A DNA stretch of 61,705 nt, counting the filler. It is 9 parts of 9 records of this genome, joined end to end, with 100 filler letters (N's around TTAATTAATTAA, not from the genome) between each part and the next. Parts side by side here need not be neighbours in the genome. Positions count along the whole stretch, not along the records: positions 16,797 to 22,462 come from SRR31156797_50901; positions 22,563 to 32,760 come from SRR31156797_50947; 7 more parts are not named here. One strand, written 5' to 3'. A model generated the notes under the pieces. The model had not been told where the DNA came from, made no database searches, and saw only the letters and a program-made list of their open reading frames with translations. Within the stretch, counting starts at the first letter, position 1, and every line of letters begins with the position of its first letter. Below are positions 17,487 through 27,463 of the stretch, piece after piece. A program made the position numbers and the translations under genes.

Positions 17487-18266
17487 TCATGCGATCGCCC
17501 GCCAGGCCATCACCGATAGAATCAGCGCATTCAGCACCATCAGGGCGGGGGTGATTTTGCTTACCAAATCCCGCCACCGGCGACCCGCCACATGACCTGC
17601 GAAGCCGACAACCAGCAGGGCCGGCACGGTGCCGGCGGCAAAGGCGGCCATGACGAATGCACCGGCCAGAAGGCTGCCGCTGGCGGCGGCCGCGGCCAGC
17701 GCCCCGTATAAAAGGCCGCAGGGAAGGAACCCGAGGGCGATCCCAAGGCCGTAGCCGCGCACCCCGATCGGCCGGGCGAACAGCGGTTTGATAGAGGTGC
17801 CGATGCGGCGCGACCACCAGCTTTCGGCACCGGCGTCGGCAAACGGCAGGCCGCCTGTTAGTTTGCGAATGCCGTACCCGAGGAAAAGAACCGCCGCCAG
17901 GGCCAGGAAAAACGCCGATAGCCAGCGGGCGCCGGTCGTGTCCATCACGCCGCCGGCGATTTCCGCGGCAAAAGCGCCGAGGGCGATATAGGTGGTCGTC
18001 CGGCCCAGGTGATAGGGCGCCAGGGCGGCGCCGGCAATTCTGTGGAATTCCCGCATTTCGCCGATGGGGACTGTTTCGAGGCGCGAGACCGACTGGGCAA
18101 TGACGAAGGGCCCGCACATGGCGATGCAATGCCCGGCGCCGCCGATCAGGCCGGCGATAAACAAACTTGCCAGCAGGCTGCCGTGGTTTTCGACGACGGT
18201 GCGGCAGTGATCGGCGCCGGAAACCAGATATTCCAGAAAAATGGATAGGGATTCCATCTCAGCCAT
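17487..18266 (-). CDS. DsbD_2 / TauE-like membrane protein of the cbb3 maturation cluster
   Basis: GHCIAMCGPF, YHLGRTTTY and GFLPCGLLY motifs. Confidence 0.88.
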   Translation of the reverse strand: MAEMESLSIFLEYLVSGADHCRTVVENHGSLLASLFIAGLIGGAGHCIAMCGPFVIAQSVSRLETVPIGEMREFHRIAGAALAPYHLGRTTTYIALGAFAAEIAGGVMDTTGARWLSAFFLALAAVLFLGYGIRKLTGGLPFADAGAESWWSRRIGTSIKPLFARPIGVRGYGLGIALGFLPCGLLYGALAAAAASGSLLAGAFVMAAFAAGTVPALLVVGFAGHVAGRRWRDLVSKITPALMVLNALILSVMAWRAIA

Positions 18267-18474
18267 CCCCGGCTTTTTTCGGGTCGGACGGGTTTCCGGG
18301 CGAAACCTTTTCGTCCGGTTGCTTTTGGGTCACATCGTCGTCATCGAACAATATGCGATTGGCCGCCCCGTCGAGGTCGTCGAACTGGCCGGACCGGAGC
18401 GCCCACATGAAGGCGGCAAGGGCCAAAAGGCCGATACCCAGAGATGCCGGAATCAGGATCAAAAGCGTCGTCAT
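18259..18474 (-). CDS. ccoS: cbb3-type oxidase maturation protein CcoS/FixS
   Basis: LIPASL...FMWALRSGQFDDLDGAANRILFDDD. Confidence 0.95.
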   Translation of the reverse strand: MTTLLILIPASLGIGLLALAAFMWALRSGQFDDLDGAANRILFDDDDVTQKQPDEKVSPGNPSDPKKAGDG

Positions 18475-20870
18475 AGGGCCTCGCCCCGGTTCAGCCGCAA
18501 GGCGTTCGCGATCACGACAATCGAAGAAGCCGACATTGCCACGGCCGCGATCAGCGGTGTGATCAAGCCGGCGATCGCGAGCGGAACGGTCAAGACATTA
18601 TACAGAAAGGCCATGGCGAAATTCTGATGAATCAGCCTGCCGGCGCGTTTCGCCATGCCGATGGCTTCGACAACGGGCGCCAGCCGGTGCCCCTGAAAAA
18701 CCACGTCGGCGGTATTTTGACTGACATCGGCGGCGGTTGACGGTGACATCGAAACATGGGCGGCGGCCAGCGCCGGGGCGTCGTTCAGGCCGTCGCCGAC
18801 CATCAGCACGCGGCGGCCGTCCTTGGCCAGGGTCGAAAGATGGGTACACTTTCCGTCGGGTCTGCAGCGGCCGCGCCAGGTTCCGATTCCGATCGCTTCG
18901 GCCGTCGTCGCGACGGCGCCGTCGGCATCGCCGGACAGGATTTCGATTTGGTATCCGTTGTCGTGAAGCGTCGAAACCGCTTCGGCAGCGTCGGATTTCG
19001 GCCGGTCGGAAAAATGAAAACAGACCAGTTCCGCGCCCGGCATCGACAGCCAAAGTTCGGGCCCGTCGGGGATCGGCGCCGCCCTATCGCCGCACCATTC
19101 CCGGCTGCCGAGGCGGATTTCGCCGTCGGGCGAGGGTGCCGAAAGCCCGCGTCCCGGGTGTTCGCTGACACCGGATCGCGGTGCCGCGCCGGGGACCGCG
19201 CGGGCCAAGGCCCGGGCCAACGGATGGGCCGATGCCGCCGCGATCGACGCGGCAAGGTCAAGGGCAACCGGATCAATGCCGGTTTCCGACAGGACCGGTT
19301 CGCCGGTGGTCAGCGTGCCGGTTTTGTCGAAAACCACCGTATCGGCTTCGGCCAAGCGTTCCAGCGCGGTGCCGGACTTGATCAATATGCCGTGCCGCAA
19401 AAGCCGTCCCGACGTCACCACCTGGACCACCGGAACGGCCAGGCCGAGGGCGCAGGGGCAGGTGACGATCAAGACGGCGATAGCATTGAGCAGGGCTTCG
19501 CGCCACCCGGCATCGAACAGCAGGAGCCAGCCGAGGAAGGTTATGGCGGCCAGCGAATGAACGACCGGCGCGTACCATCGCGCCACCCGGTCGGCCAGGG
19601 CCACATATTTTGCCCGGCCCTGTTCCGCGTTTTCCACCAGTCGGACGATTTCGGCCAAGAACGTATCCTCGCCGACGGCCGTCACCTCGATGCCGATCGG
19701 CCCCGAAAGGTTCAGGGTTCCGGCGTAGACCGGAATACCGGGGCGGATCGGGGCGGGGGTCGTTTCGCCGTCGATCAGGCTCGAATCGATGTCGCTTTCG
19801 CCGGTCTTGACAACACCGTCGACGGCAATGCGCTCTCCCGCCACCGTCAGGACGGTCATGCCCGGAACGATTTGCGACGGGTTGAGCAGTCGCCGCCGGC
19901 CGTCATCGTCGAGGACGGTAACGGCGGTCGCGTTCAGGGCGAGAAGGTGTTCGGCCGAGGCCCTGGCCTTGCCCCGAGCCCGCTGATCGAGATAGCGCCC
20001 GATCAGCAGGAAGAACAGAAGCGTCACCGCCGAATCGAAATAAGCGTGTTCGCGGCCCTGGATGGTGTCGAACAGGCTCATGCCGGCGGCCAGGACGACG
20101 GCCAGCGAGATCGGCACGTCCATGTTGACGCGGCGGGTCGCCAAGGCGCCAAGCGCCGAGCGAAAAAACGGAACGCCGGCATAAGCGATGGCCGGCAGTG
20201 CGACCAGGGCCGAAATCCAGTGAAGCAGATCGCGGGTCGCCGGCCCCATGCCCTGATAGTGACCGGCCCAAACCGCGATCGAAAGAAGCATAACGTTGCC
20301 GGCGGCGAAACCGGCCACCGCCATGGCTTTCAGCAGTTCGCGTTCGTTTCGGCGCGATTCCGCGTCCAAAAGCGCCGGATCGAACGGAACCAGCCGATAG
20401 CCCAGCGTGATGACCGGTTCGATCAGCGAATCGGCGCTTTTGTCGTCGCCTGTCCACTTCAGGACCAGACGCCGCGTCGTCATGTTGACCCGGGCCGAAA
20501 CGACGTTTTTCTGACGCGACAGGACCGATTCGATCAGCCATACGCAGGCGGCGCAATGCAGGCCCTCGACCATCAGGTTGAGGACGCGGGTACCGTCCGC
20601 ATCGACAATCGTATGGGCGGCGAAATTCTGTGGGGCGCCGGCTTCGTCCGGGCGCATCGGCCGGATCGAAGGATCGATCTGGCGCCGCCGGTAATAGGCA
20701 TCGAGGCCGAGGCCCTCGACCAGATGATAGGCCGCCTCGCATCCGGCACAGCAGAACCGCGGACCGCCGGCGGAACCGGCGACGACGTCCAGACCGCAAT
20801 GCAGACAGGATGCCAACAAATCCCTCCCCAACACACCGCCCCATCGTGACGGCGCAATCGATCCCGTCAA
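18471..20870 (-). CDS. ccoI: Copper-translocating P1B-type ATPase CcoI/FixI
   Basis: CLHCG..CCAGC, GLHCAAC, CPCALGLA, DKTGTLT and GDGLND motifs; lies between fixH and ccoS. Confidence 0.95.
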   Translation of the reverse strand: MTGSIAPSRWGGVLGRDLLASCLHCGLDVVAGSAGGPRFCCAGCEAAYHLVEGLGLDAYYRRRQIDPSIRPMRPDEAGAPQNFAAHTIVDADGTRVLNLMVEGLHCAACVWLIESVLSRQKNVVSARVNMTTRRLVLKWTGDDKSADSLIEPVITLGYRLVPFDPALLDAESRRNERELLKAMAVAGFAAGNVMLLSIAVWAGHYQGMGPATRDLLHWISALVALPAIAYAGVPFFRSALGALATRRVNMDVPISLAVVLAAGMSLFDTIQGREHAYFDSAVTLLFFLLIGRYLDQRARGKARASAEHLLALNATAVTVLDDDGRRRLLNPSQIVPGMTVLTVAGERIAVDGVVKTGESDIDSSLIDGETTPAPIRPGIPVYAGTLNLSGPIGIEVTAVGEDTFLAEIVRLVENAEQGRAKYVALADRVARWYAPVVHSLAAITFLGWLLLFDAGWREALLNAIAVLIVTCPCALGLAVPVVQVVTSGRLLRHGILIKSGTALERLAEADTVVFDKTGTLTTGEPVLSETGIDPVALDLAASIAAASAHPLARALARAVPGAAPRSGVSEHPGRGLSAPSPDGEIRLGSREWCGDRAAPIPDGPELWLSMPGAELVCFHFSDRPKSDAAEAVSTLHDNGYQIEILSGDADGAVATTAEAIGIGTWRGRCRPDGKCTHLSTLAKDGRRVLMVGDGLNDAPALAAAHVSMSPSTAADVSQNTADVVFQGHRLAPVVEAIGMAKRAGRLIHQNFAMAFLYNVLTVPLAIAGLITPLIAAVAMSASSIVVIANALRLNRGEAL

Positions 20871-20907
20871 GATGGCATTGTTTTGAGTAAAGATAACTTA
20901 CCAGGCG

Positions 20908-21423
20908 TCAGCGGATCCGCAGCCGCCGTTCGTCCTGGAAAACGTCTTTACCGCGGAAGGCATGGACCCGGGCGGTCCATTGCCCGGCCAGGGGCAGATC
21001 GACCTTTGCCGAATACCGGCCGTTTCCGCCATGTGCGAGATCGGCTTCCCGGTCAAACCCTTCATGCGTCGGGCGCAGCAGGAACACGGTTACATCCAGG
21101 TCGTCCAGGGGCTTGCCGTCCGGTCCGGCAAACACGGCGTCGACGGAAATCTCACGGGCAGATCCGGAGGAAGCCAGGGGTTCGACATCGAGCTGCAATT
21201 GCCAGCCCAGGGCCTTTTGGGCCTTCGCCGCGTTGAGGTTTTCATTGTAGGCAAGGCCCTTTTTATAGTGGCCTTCGGTTTCGAGGCCGGTCCAGGTGTT
21301 CAGCGCAATGGTCACCATGATCCCGTTGATGACAAAGACGAAACCCATTGCCGCGACGAAAATCCAGGGATACCACCAGCCGTCGGGACGGGCTTTTTTT
21401 ATGGCGTGATCGGCAGTGCTCAT
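20908..21423 (-). CDS. ccoH: FixH/CcoH family protein
   Basis: WYPWIFV TM anchor, YKKGLAYN, RPT and PLAGQW motifs; position in the GHIS cluster. Confidence 0.9.
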   Translation of the reverse strand: MSTADHAIKKARPDGWWYPWIFVAAMGFVFVINGIMVTIALNTWTGLETEGHYKKGLAYNENLNAAKAQKALGWQLQLDVEPLASSGSAREISVDAVFAGPDGKPLDDLDVTVFLLRPTHEGFDREADLAHGGNGRYSAKVDLPLAGQWTARVHAFRGKDVFQDERRLRIR

Positions 21424-21428
21424 CGAAG

Positions 21429-22462
21429 TTACCTCGCCGGTCCGGAAAAGACGGTGTCGTGCGGATGGGTTTGTCCGGTCGTCATATCGGTCAGTTGGAA
21501 AGTCAGGCCGGTCGACTTGCCGGCCAATCGATCGCGTTCGGCCCTGACCAGAACCCGGAAACTGCCGACCGCGTCGCCCTTGACCGGCAGGACGGCGGAA
21601 TCGGTCCAGTCGTTGGCGTGTCCGATGACCCGCAATTGGGCGCCGTCGATACCGCTCAGGCCGAGGGAGAAGTCCTTGTCCTCGCGTTCCATGTTTAGGA
21701 TCTTGAAGGTAAAGCCGTTCCGCAAACCGCCGTCGGAAAGCTGCACGAAAAGCGGCGCCCGGTCGTGCAAGACGTTGATTTCGACACGGGACCGGGTCGC
21801 CAGACTTATCGAAATGATCGCAACGACGATCAGAAGCAGGGCCGTATAGGCGATCGTGCGCGGCCGTATGAAACGGAAAGCGCCTTTTGTCCCTTTCTGC
21901 CGGGCCAGCTGGTTGGAAATGGAATCATAGGTAATCAGGCCGCGCGGCAGCCCGAATTTGTCCATTACCGAGGCACAGGCATCGACACACAGGGCGCAGC
22001 CGATGCAGGCCAGTTGGTTGCCCTTTCTGATATCGACGCCGGTCGGGCAGACTTGATGGCACATCGAGCAATCGACGCAATGGCCGCGGCCGTCGAAGCT
22101 TTGCCCAAGCTTGGCCCTTGCGCGCGGCTCGCCGCGCCAGGCCTCGTAGGTGACGATCAGCGAATCCTCGTCGAACATGGCGCTCTGGAATCGCGGCCAC
22201 GGGCACATGTAGATGCACACCTGTTCCCGCGCCCAGCCGGCCAGCAGATAGGTCGTCCCGGTAAACAGCGCGATGAAGGCGTAAACCGTGGTGTCGGCCT
22301 CGCCGGTGAGGATGCGCGGCAAGACCTCGTAGGCGTCGTTGAAATAGAGAATCCAGACGCCGCCGGTGGACACCGAAATCAGCAGCCAGGAAAGATGCTT
22401 GAGGCCCTTGCGCGTCGCCTTTTCCACCGACATCGGCGAGCGGTCCAGGCGCATGCGGGCGT
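21429..22462 (-). CDS. ccoG: CcoG/FixG 4Fe-4S protein (5' truncated)
   Basis: REQVCIYMCPWPRFQ, CVDCSMCHQVCPTGVDIR and CIGCALCVDAC motifs. Confidence 0.95.
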
Positions 22463-22562
22463 NNNNNNNNNNNNNNNNNNNNNNNNNNNNNNNNNNNNNN
22501 NNNNNNTTAATTAATTAANNNNNNNNNNNNNNNNNNNNNNNNNNNNNNNNNNNNNNNNNNNN
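22463..22562. other. Artificial contig linker
   Basis: N run with TTAATTAATTAA. Confidence 0.99.
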
Positions 22563-22593
22563 AAATCTGTCAAGCTATTTTAGGGAATTACAA

Positions 22594-22748
22594 TAGGGAA
22601 TGTCATATTTGAGTGAGGGAAGGCCTCTAGAAGGTGAGGGAACGAGTTCTCAAGCCTAGGGAATGAGTTATTTAAGTGAGGGAAGGGGTGCTCATGCCGA
22701 GGGAGATACCTATTGACCCGAGGGGATGGTCAAACAGCCCTCGGGGAT
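22594..22748. repeat. Non-coding array with exact 21-bp period: conserved (G/T)AGGGAA core plus 14 variable nt, about 8 units
   Basis: Cores start at 22594, 22615, 22636, 22657, 22678, 22699, 22720 and 22741; all six frames contain stops. Confidence 0.85.
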
Positions 22749-22771
22749 AGTAAAATCAAGGCTTTTGAAAC

Positions 22772-23458
22772 TTAGCGAGTATATTTTTCTAGTCTATTCG
22801 GATTTTTCCAAAACACATATCGCCCAAATTCCCGGATTTGGCTATCACGATTAAAAAGCAAAGTATATGCTTTATCGCGTAGTATTTTGGTTGCACTGCT
22901 CTGATCTGAAGAACCGTTTACATTGGCTAATAATTCAGATAAATGATGAGATATAGTGCGTGCCTTGTCAAGCTTGGTCATATCAAAGTTAATTTGCGTT
23001 AATGGTTCCGGATTTTTTTCTCCCAGTACAGCTATCTCCAGCAAATCCTGAATCATATCCACATTACTATTGCCCTCACTAATGCGCATGACTTTAGCTT
23101 TGGTGTTTTTGTCGTTTCTAAACGCAAATCTAAAATCATGTAACATCTCATCCCTAAATTCAAAAGCAGAAGGCGATTGTTCCACCCATTCCTTTTGCGA
23201 TTCCTGACGGTTACGGTATTCACTCATCCATTCGGCTTGGCAATAACGCATAGCACCACTTAATGAACTCAGTTCTCCAATTACGTTTACATTTAAACCA
23301 GCCTGAACAAGTGCATCTGCATCTTTCGTAGCTTCTATCGCCAGTGTTTCGCAACTTGCTGCATATTCATCAATGGGCACATGTGGTAGTTTAAGCTCCT
23401 CCATCGCTACGGCTTCAATTTGTTCTCTCCAGGCATTAAAATCATCTAAATAACTCAT
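22772..23458 (-). CDS. Hypothetical protein (228 aa, probably all-helical, no signal peptide)
   Basis: Clean ORF with an AT-rich Bacteroidota-type translation start; no motif recognised. Confidence 0.8.
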   Translation of the reverse strand: MSYLDDFNAWREQIEAVAMEELKLPHVPIDEYAASCETLAIEATKDADALVQAGLNVNVIGELSSLSGAMRYCQAEWMSEYRNRQESQKEWVEQSPSAFEFRDEMLHDFRFAFRNDKNTKAKVMRISEGNSNVDMIQDLLEIAVLGEKNPEPLTQINFDMTKLDKARTISHHLSELLANVNGSSDQSSATKILRDKAYTLLFNRDSQIREFGRYVFWKNPNRLEKYTR

Positions 23459-23726
23459 ATAGATTTAAATTTTTAGTTATGCGCTGAACCTTCACTTTCC
23501 TGTTTTTATCTTTCGTAGAGATTCAATATCAACGCAGAGATAAGCCTCTTTTAGTACCTCGGTTTCAACACTTACTATAAAGCTACATAAAACATCAGGT
23601 GTTAACTCGAAGACGTTATTTGAATAAATGACCAATCTTTATTACAACTTGATTAACGAACCAAAACGAGAGATATATCCATCTTTTAGTTGGATAAGGG
23701 GTAATTTCAGTTTCGTAGAAAACAAG

Positions 23727-23760
23727 AATTCCCCTTGATAATAAAATACCAAGGGGAATT
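23727..23760 (-). terminator. Hairpin terminator after the 1161-aa T9SS gene
   Basis: AATTCCCCTTG-12 nt-CAAGGGGAATT perfect inverted repeat. Confidence 0.7.
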
Positions 23761-23782
23761 TAAAAAGTATACAACTATAAAC

Positions 23783-26700
23783 TTATTTCTTAATCACTTT
23801 TGTTACGGCATGTTTATCGTCGAATATTAAATCGATCATATACATACCACTTGAAATACCAGATGTATTTAAGCGTTGAACTGTTGTTCCCGGTTCCACT
23901 TGTTGTTCCATCACTGTTTTTCCTTGTGCATCGATTATTCGGATAATAGCACTTTGGGTAAAAGATGGAATTTCAACAGATAACTGATTGCTAAACGGAT
24001 TCGGATACGTTTTTAACTCCGCTTTAAGCTCTTTGATATTTGTAGTACCTCCTGTTGTTGCCTCTAAAGGATTAGTGTAGGCAGAACTTCCTCCTTCGTT
24101 AAATGATTTTACCCTGAACTGGAAAGTAGTTGCCGGAGTTTGATCGTTTAACATCAGGTATTTATTGGGTAATAATACCGTTTCAATTTCAACAAATTCA
24201 CCATCTATCAACTGCTCTACAATGTAGCCTTCAGTATTTAGCGAGCCATCTTGCCAACGAAGTAAAATGCTTGTTTCGTTAAAAATCATAGCATCAAAAC
24301 TGGTAGGTACATCTGGAGGAACCATTTGGTAAAGCAAAATGAATTCGGCAATACTGGTATAATTATCACCACTGGTTGACGATAAAGCTTCAAACTTCAC
24401 ATATCTACCATAAACCATGGCATCAAACAGCACTTCTTTAATCGTACTTCCGGAGCTTAGCTTTCCGCTCGTTACCGCATCGCCCCAGTTATTTGTATCA
24501 TTGCTCACATATACAGCATAATTAGCCACATTTCCAACGCTCATACCATCTTGTCGAGGTAGATATCTAAATCCGGCCAAACCTTTTTCTTCGCCTAAAT
24601 CCAAGGTTATATAATGTGGGTGTGCCGGCTGTGCAGCACCATATTGCGTATGCCAGTAGGTATTCTCGTCGTTATCAATAGCATAAATTACCGGAGAATA
24701 TTCACTGCTGGTTTCTTCACTGCTAAAATCAATAATTTCCCAGTTGTCCGGACTAATATATCCTTGCTTTGGTGTATTGATAATAACCACATTTGTGGCA
24801 AAGGATCCAGTATCATTTTTAAAGGCTTTTACCCTGTAATACATGGTTTCTTCAAACTCTGAAATGGTTTCTTCAAACTGTGTAGTATTGGCATCAAGTG
24901 TATCAACACGATAAAAATTACCATCAATGGCCTTTTCAATATAAAACCCATCTTCATCGTCAGATTGATCTTCCCAATTGAGTTGGATATTATTATCATT
25001 ATTAATGATGCCAGCTAGGTTTTTAGGACCATCAACCGGATAAAAGCGATTATTCAGTTTAAACTCGATAATACCACTTCCGTAAGTTCCAAAACGAACA
25101 CAGTTTTGGTTTCTTATAAACTCTACATCGGTAAAATCAACACTTGGTATTGGATCATCACTCATTTGAAACCATTTGGCCTCTGCAACTGAATACACCC
25201 AGGCACCACCGTATCCGCAAGCTGCAAATATAAATTGCTCATCCGGAGAAAGAGCAAAGTCTCTAATTCTGGAAATACTTAAACCGTTTGTTTTAGATGT
25301 AAAGTAGTTTCCGTTATCTTCTGAAATAAGGAAATAATTACCTACACCTGCAAAATAGACCTTATTGGTATCGATTTGCGAAGCTCGAATAACAATTTGG
25401 TTTTTGGGGTAATTATAGTATTGGTCGTTAGCCTTTGGCGTTTGCCCATAATATTTTGATCTGGTCCAGGTTTCACCACCATCTTTCGAATACACAAATG
25501 TACCGTTATTAAGAGCGACATACCAAAGGTCTCTGTTTAATTCGGAGTAACCAAAGCCTCCAATTTCAGAACTATATTTACTATTGAAATCATAGGCGTG
25601 TGCACTTTGTGTAATTGTATTGCTTGATTCATCATACGTAAATTTTTGCAGGCTACTTCCATAAGCTGCATAAATGGCATCTTCTGTAGGATCTGGAGAA
25701 GCAACTATTGGAGCGGCCCACCAATTGCCTAAACCATCAAATACCGCACTTCCACCAGTTTTTCCCGTTGTAAAATTATATTGATGTTTAATTCTTCCAT
25801 AATAAAACCAGGTCCATGCTGAAGTTTCTCGTTTGGAATAGCACACTCTTAATACATCTGTACCATCAATATCTTTGGTGTTTACATCAATAGCCGTATC
25901 GGCATAAGCAGTAGCTCCTCTGTCCTGATTGGCCATATAGATGGAATTGAAATTCTGACTACTCGCCGCATCGTAATGCATCGCATACCAGGCTCCATTG
26001 TTACACCATGTGTAGGAATCTTTGTTTTCAGGAGTTTCAGAAACATAGCAACCAAAATCTAAGCCAACCAATGTAATGTGATTACCGTTCGACATTTCGT
26101 AGGTACGCATATGTTGCATATCCCAACCTAACTTATATCCGAACCCATTCCAGGTAGCACCGTAATCTGTGGTCAGTTTCATGTCTTCAAATCCACTAAT
26201 CAACATATTGGGTTTATCCGGGCATAAGATTTCGAATGGTTTATCTCTTCCTGCATTTTTTTCTACCCAGGTAGCTCCTTCGTCATTGGAATAATATACG
26301 GTGTATTCTGAGTTTACCGTAGAAAGGTAGAAATGATAAGATCCGTTGTAATAGGTTGCCGCAGCACTAGAAAGATTGGTTCCAAGCAATGTGCTGGAAG
26401 AATTAGTTTTTAACTCAAAGTCCTCGTTTGTATTGTTGTACTTATAAATATCAATTATTTTAGAACTTTTATTCCAAACCCACATATATATTTCATTTGT
26501 ATAAAATGGTTTGGCTATTTTCATATCGTATGTTGATATCGGAAAACTTAAGCTGGATGCTGTATAAGTAGCTCCATTATCATCGGAATAATAAATGTGG
26601 TGATAATTGGCATTGTAGGTATGTAACACGATGCGTTTTTTACCATTGTAGGAGATTTCGCAAATTTGATTTGACCAACTTTGTGCAATACCGGCACCGG

Positions 26701-27268
26701 TAGCAGCAGTCCAGGTGGCTCCTTCGTCATCGGAATATTCCATTCTGCCTAAATCGTCATTGCTTCGTATTAACCTAAACACATCATTGTCTAATAGTGT
26801 ACCAGAGAAAACCGGATTGGCCGTACCATTATTGGTCGGATTCATCACAATTTTGTGATTCAATAGTGTCCACTTAACCTCATTCTCGTATTCTAGCTTA
26901 TACAAGTGACCAGCATAAGTAACTACGTAAAACACATTGTGTAGCGAATCATAAGCAGAATTGTCCACACGGTATCCATACCAACCTGTATGCGAAATCT
27001 TGGCATTCCAGGTTCCGCTTAACCGGCCATTGGCATAAGTACTTTCTCCACTAAGCGAGCTTGACTTAAGCGAGTTTGACTGTAATCGCTCAGCTACATA
27101 ACTTTTAAATTTTTCCAGCTCTTCACCTTCTAGTACAGGTGCGTCAGGTCGTTCCTCATTTCCAATTTCCTCTTCATGATCGTTTGCAAGGTTAAATGGA
27201 GAGCTATAGAATATAGCAAGCCCCAGTATTAAGCCGATAGTTGCAAAAAGTAGACTTCTCTTGTTCAT
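23783..27268 (-). CDS. Secreted T9SS cargo: BNR/Asp-box beta-propeller + FN3 + F5/8 (CBM32-like) + FN3 + CTD
   Basis: Repeated S.D.GATW Asp-boxes; FN3 motifs (LNWEDQSDDEDGF, YYRVKAF); discoidin motifs (AIDNDENTYWHT, FRYLPRQDG); CTD YPNPFSNQL...GMYM...KVIKK. Confidence 0.88.
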   Translation of the reverse strand: MNKRSLLFATIGLILGLAIFYSSPFNLANDHEEEIGNEERPDAPVLEGEELEKFKSYVAERLQSNSLKSSSLSGESTYANGRLSGTWNAKISHTGWYGYRVDNSAYDSLHNVFYVVTYAGHLYKLEYENEVKWTLLNHKIVMNPTNNGTANPVFSGTLLDNDVFRLIRSNDDLGRMEYSDDEGATWTAATGAGIAQSWSNQICEISYNGKKRIVLHTYNANYHHIYYSDDNGATYTASSLSFPISTYDMKIAKPFYTNEIYMWVWNKSSKIIDIYKYNNTNEDFELKTNSSSTLLGTNLSSAAATYYNGSYHFYLSTVNSEYTVYYSNDEGATWVEKNAGRDKPFEILCPDKPNMLISGFEDMKLTTDYGATWNGFGYKLGWDMQHMRTYEMSNGNHITLVGLDFGCYVSETPENKDSYTWCNNGAWYAMHYDAASSQNFNSIYMANQDRGATAYADTAIDVNTKDIDGTDVLRVCYSKRETSAWTWFYYGRIKHQYNFTTGKTGGSAVFDGLGNWWAAPIVASPDPTEDAIYAAYGSSLQKFTYDESSNTITQSAHAYDFNSKYSSEIGGFGYSELNRDLWYVALNNGTFVYSKDGGETWTRSKYYGQTPKANDQYYNYPKNQIVIRASQIDTNKVYFAGVGNYFLISEDNGNYFTSKTNGLSISRIRDFALSPDEQFIFAACGYGGAWVYSVAEAKWFQMSDDPIPSVDFTDVEFIRNQNCVRFGTYGSGIIEFKLNNRFYPVDGPKNLAGIINNDNNIQLNWEDQSDDEDGFYIEKAIDGNFYRVDTLDANTTQFEETISEFEETMYYRVKAFKNDTGSFATNVVIINTPKQGYISPDNWEIIDFSSEETSSEYSPVIYAIDNDENTYWHTQYGAAQPAHPHYITLDLGEEKGLAGFRYLPRQDGMSVGNVANYAVYVSNDTNNWGDAVTSGKLSSGSTIKEVLFDAMVYGRYVKFEALSSTSGDNYTSIAEFILLYQMVPPDVPTSFDAMIFNETSILLRWQDGSLNTEGYIVEQLIDGEFVEIETVLLPNKYLMLNDQTPATTFQFRVKSFNEGGSSAYTNPLEATTGGTTNIKELKAELKTYPNPFSNQLSVEIPSFTQSAIIRIIDAQGKTVMEQQVEPGTTVQRLNTSGISSGMYMIDLIFDDKHAVTKVIKK

Positions 27269-27463
27269 TTGAATAATTATGAATTGTTGATTTTTAGCCA
27301 GTAGAATAGGCTTGGTTGATAAGCATGTAAAATTAGCAGAAGCGGATGAAAACAGTATTTAAATATTCGACATATAATAATATAAAATCGATTGAGCAGA
27401 TTTTAAGCAGGTATGTAAGATGAAATAGGTATAATCAAAAACACTCAGCAAAGTGACCTTAAG

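Noticed and set aside
18756-21849. 697-aa and 295-aa plus-strand ORFs
   Set aside because: Antisense shadows of ccoI, ccoH and ccoG caused by high-GC codon bias.
16866-22462. ccoGHIS-DsbD_2-SCO cluster as a novel system
   Set aside because: Well-known cbb3 oxidase maturation arrangement.
22594-22748. The 21-bp array as a CRISPR array or a coding heptad repeat
   Set aside because: The constant part is only about 7 nt, no cas genes are on the contig, and all six frames contain stops. Kept as an unexplained array instead.
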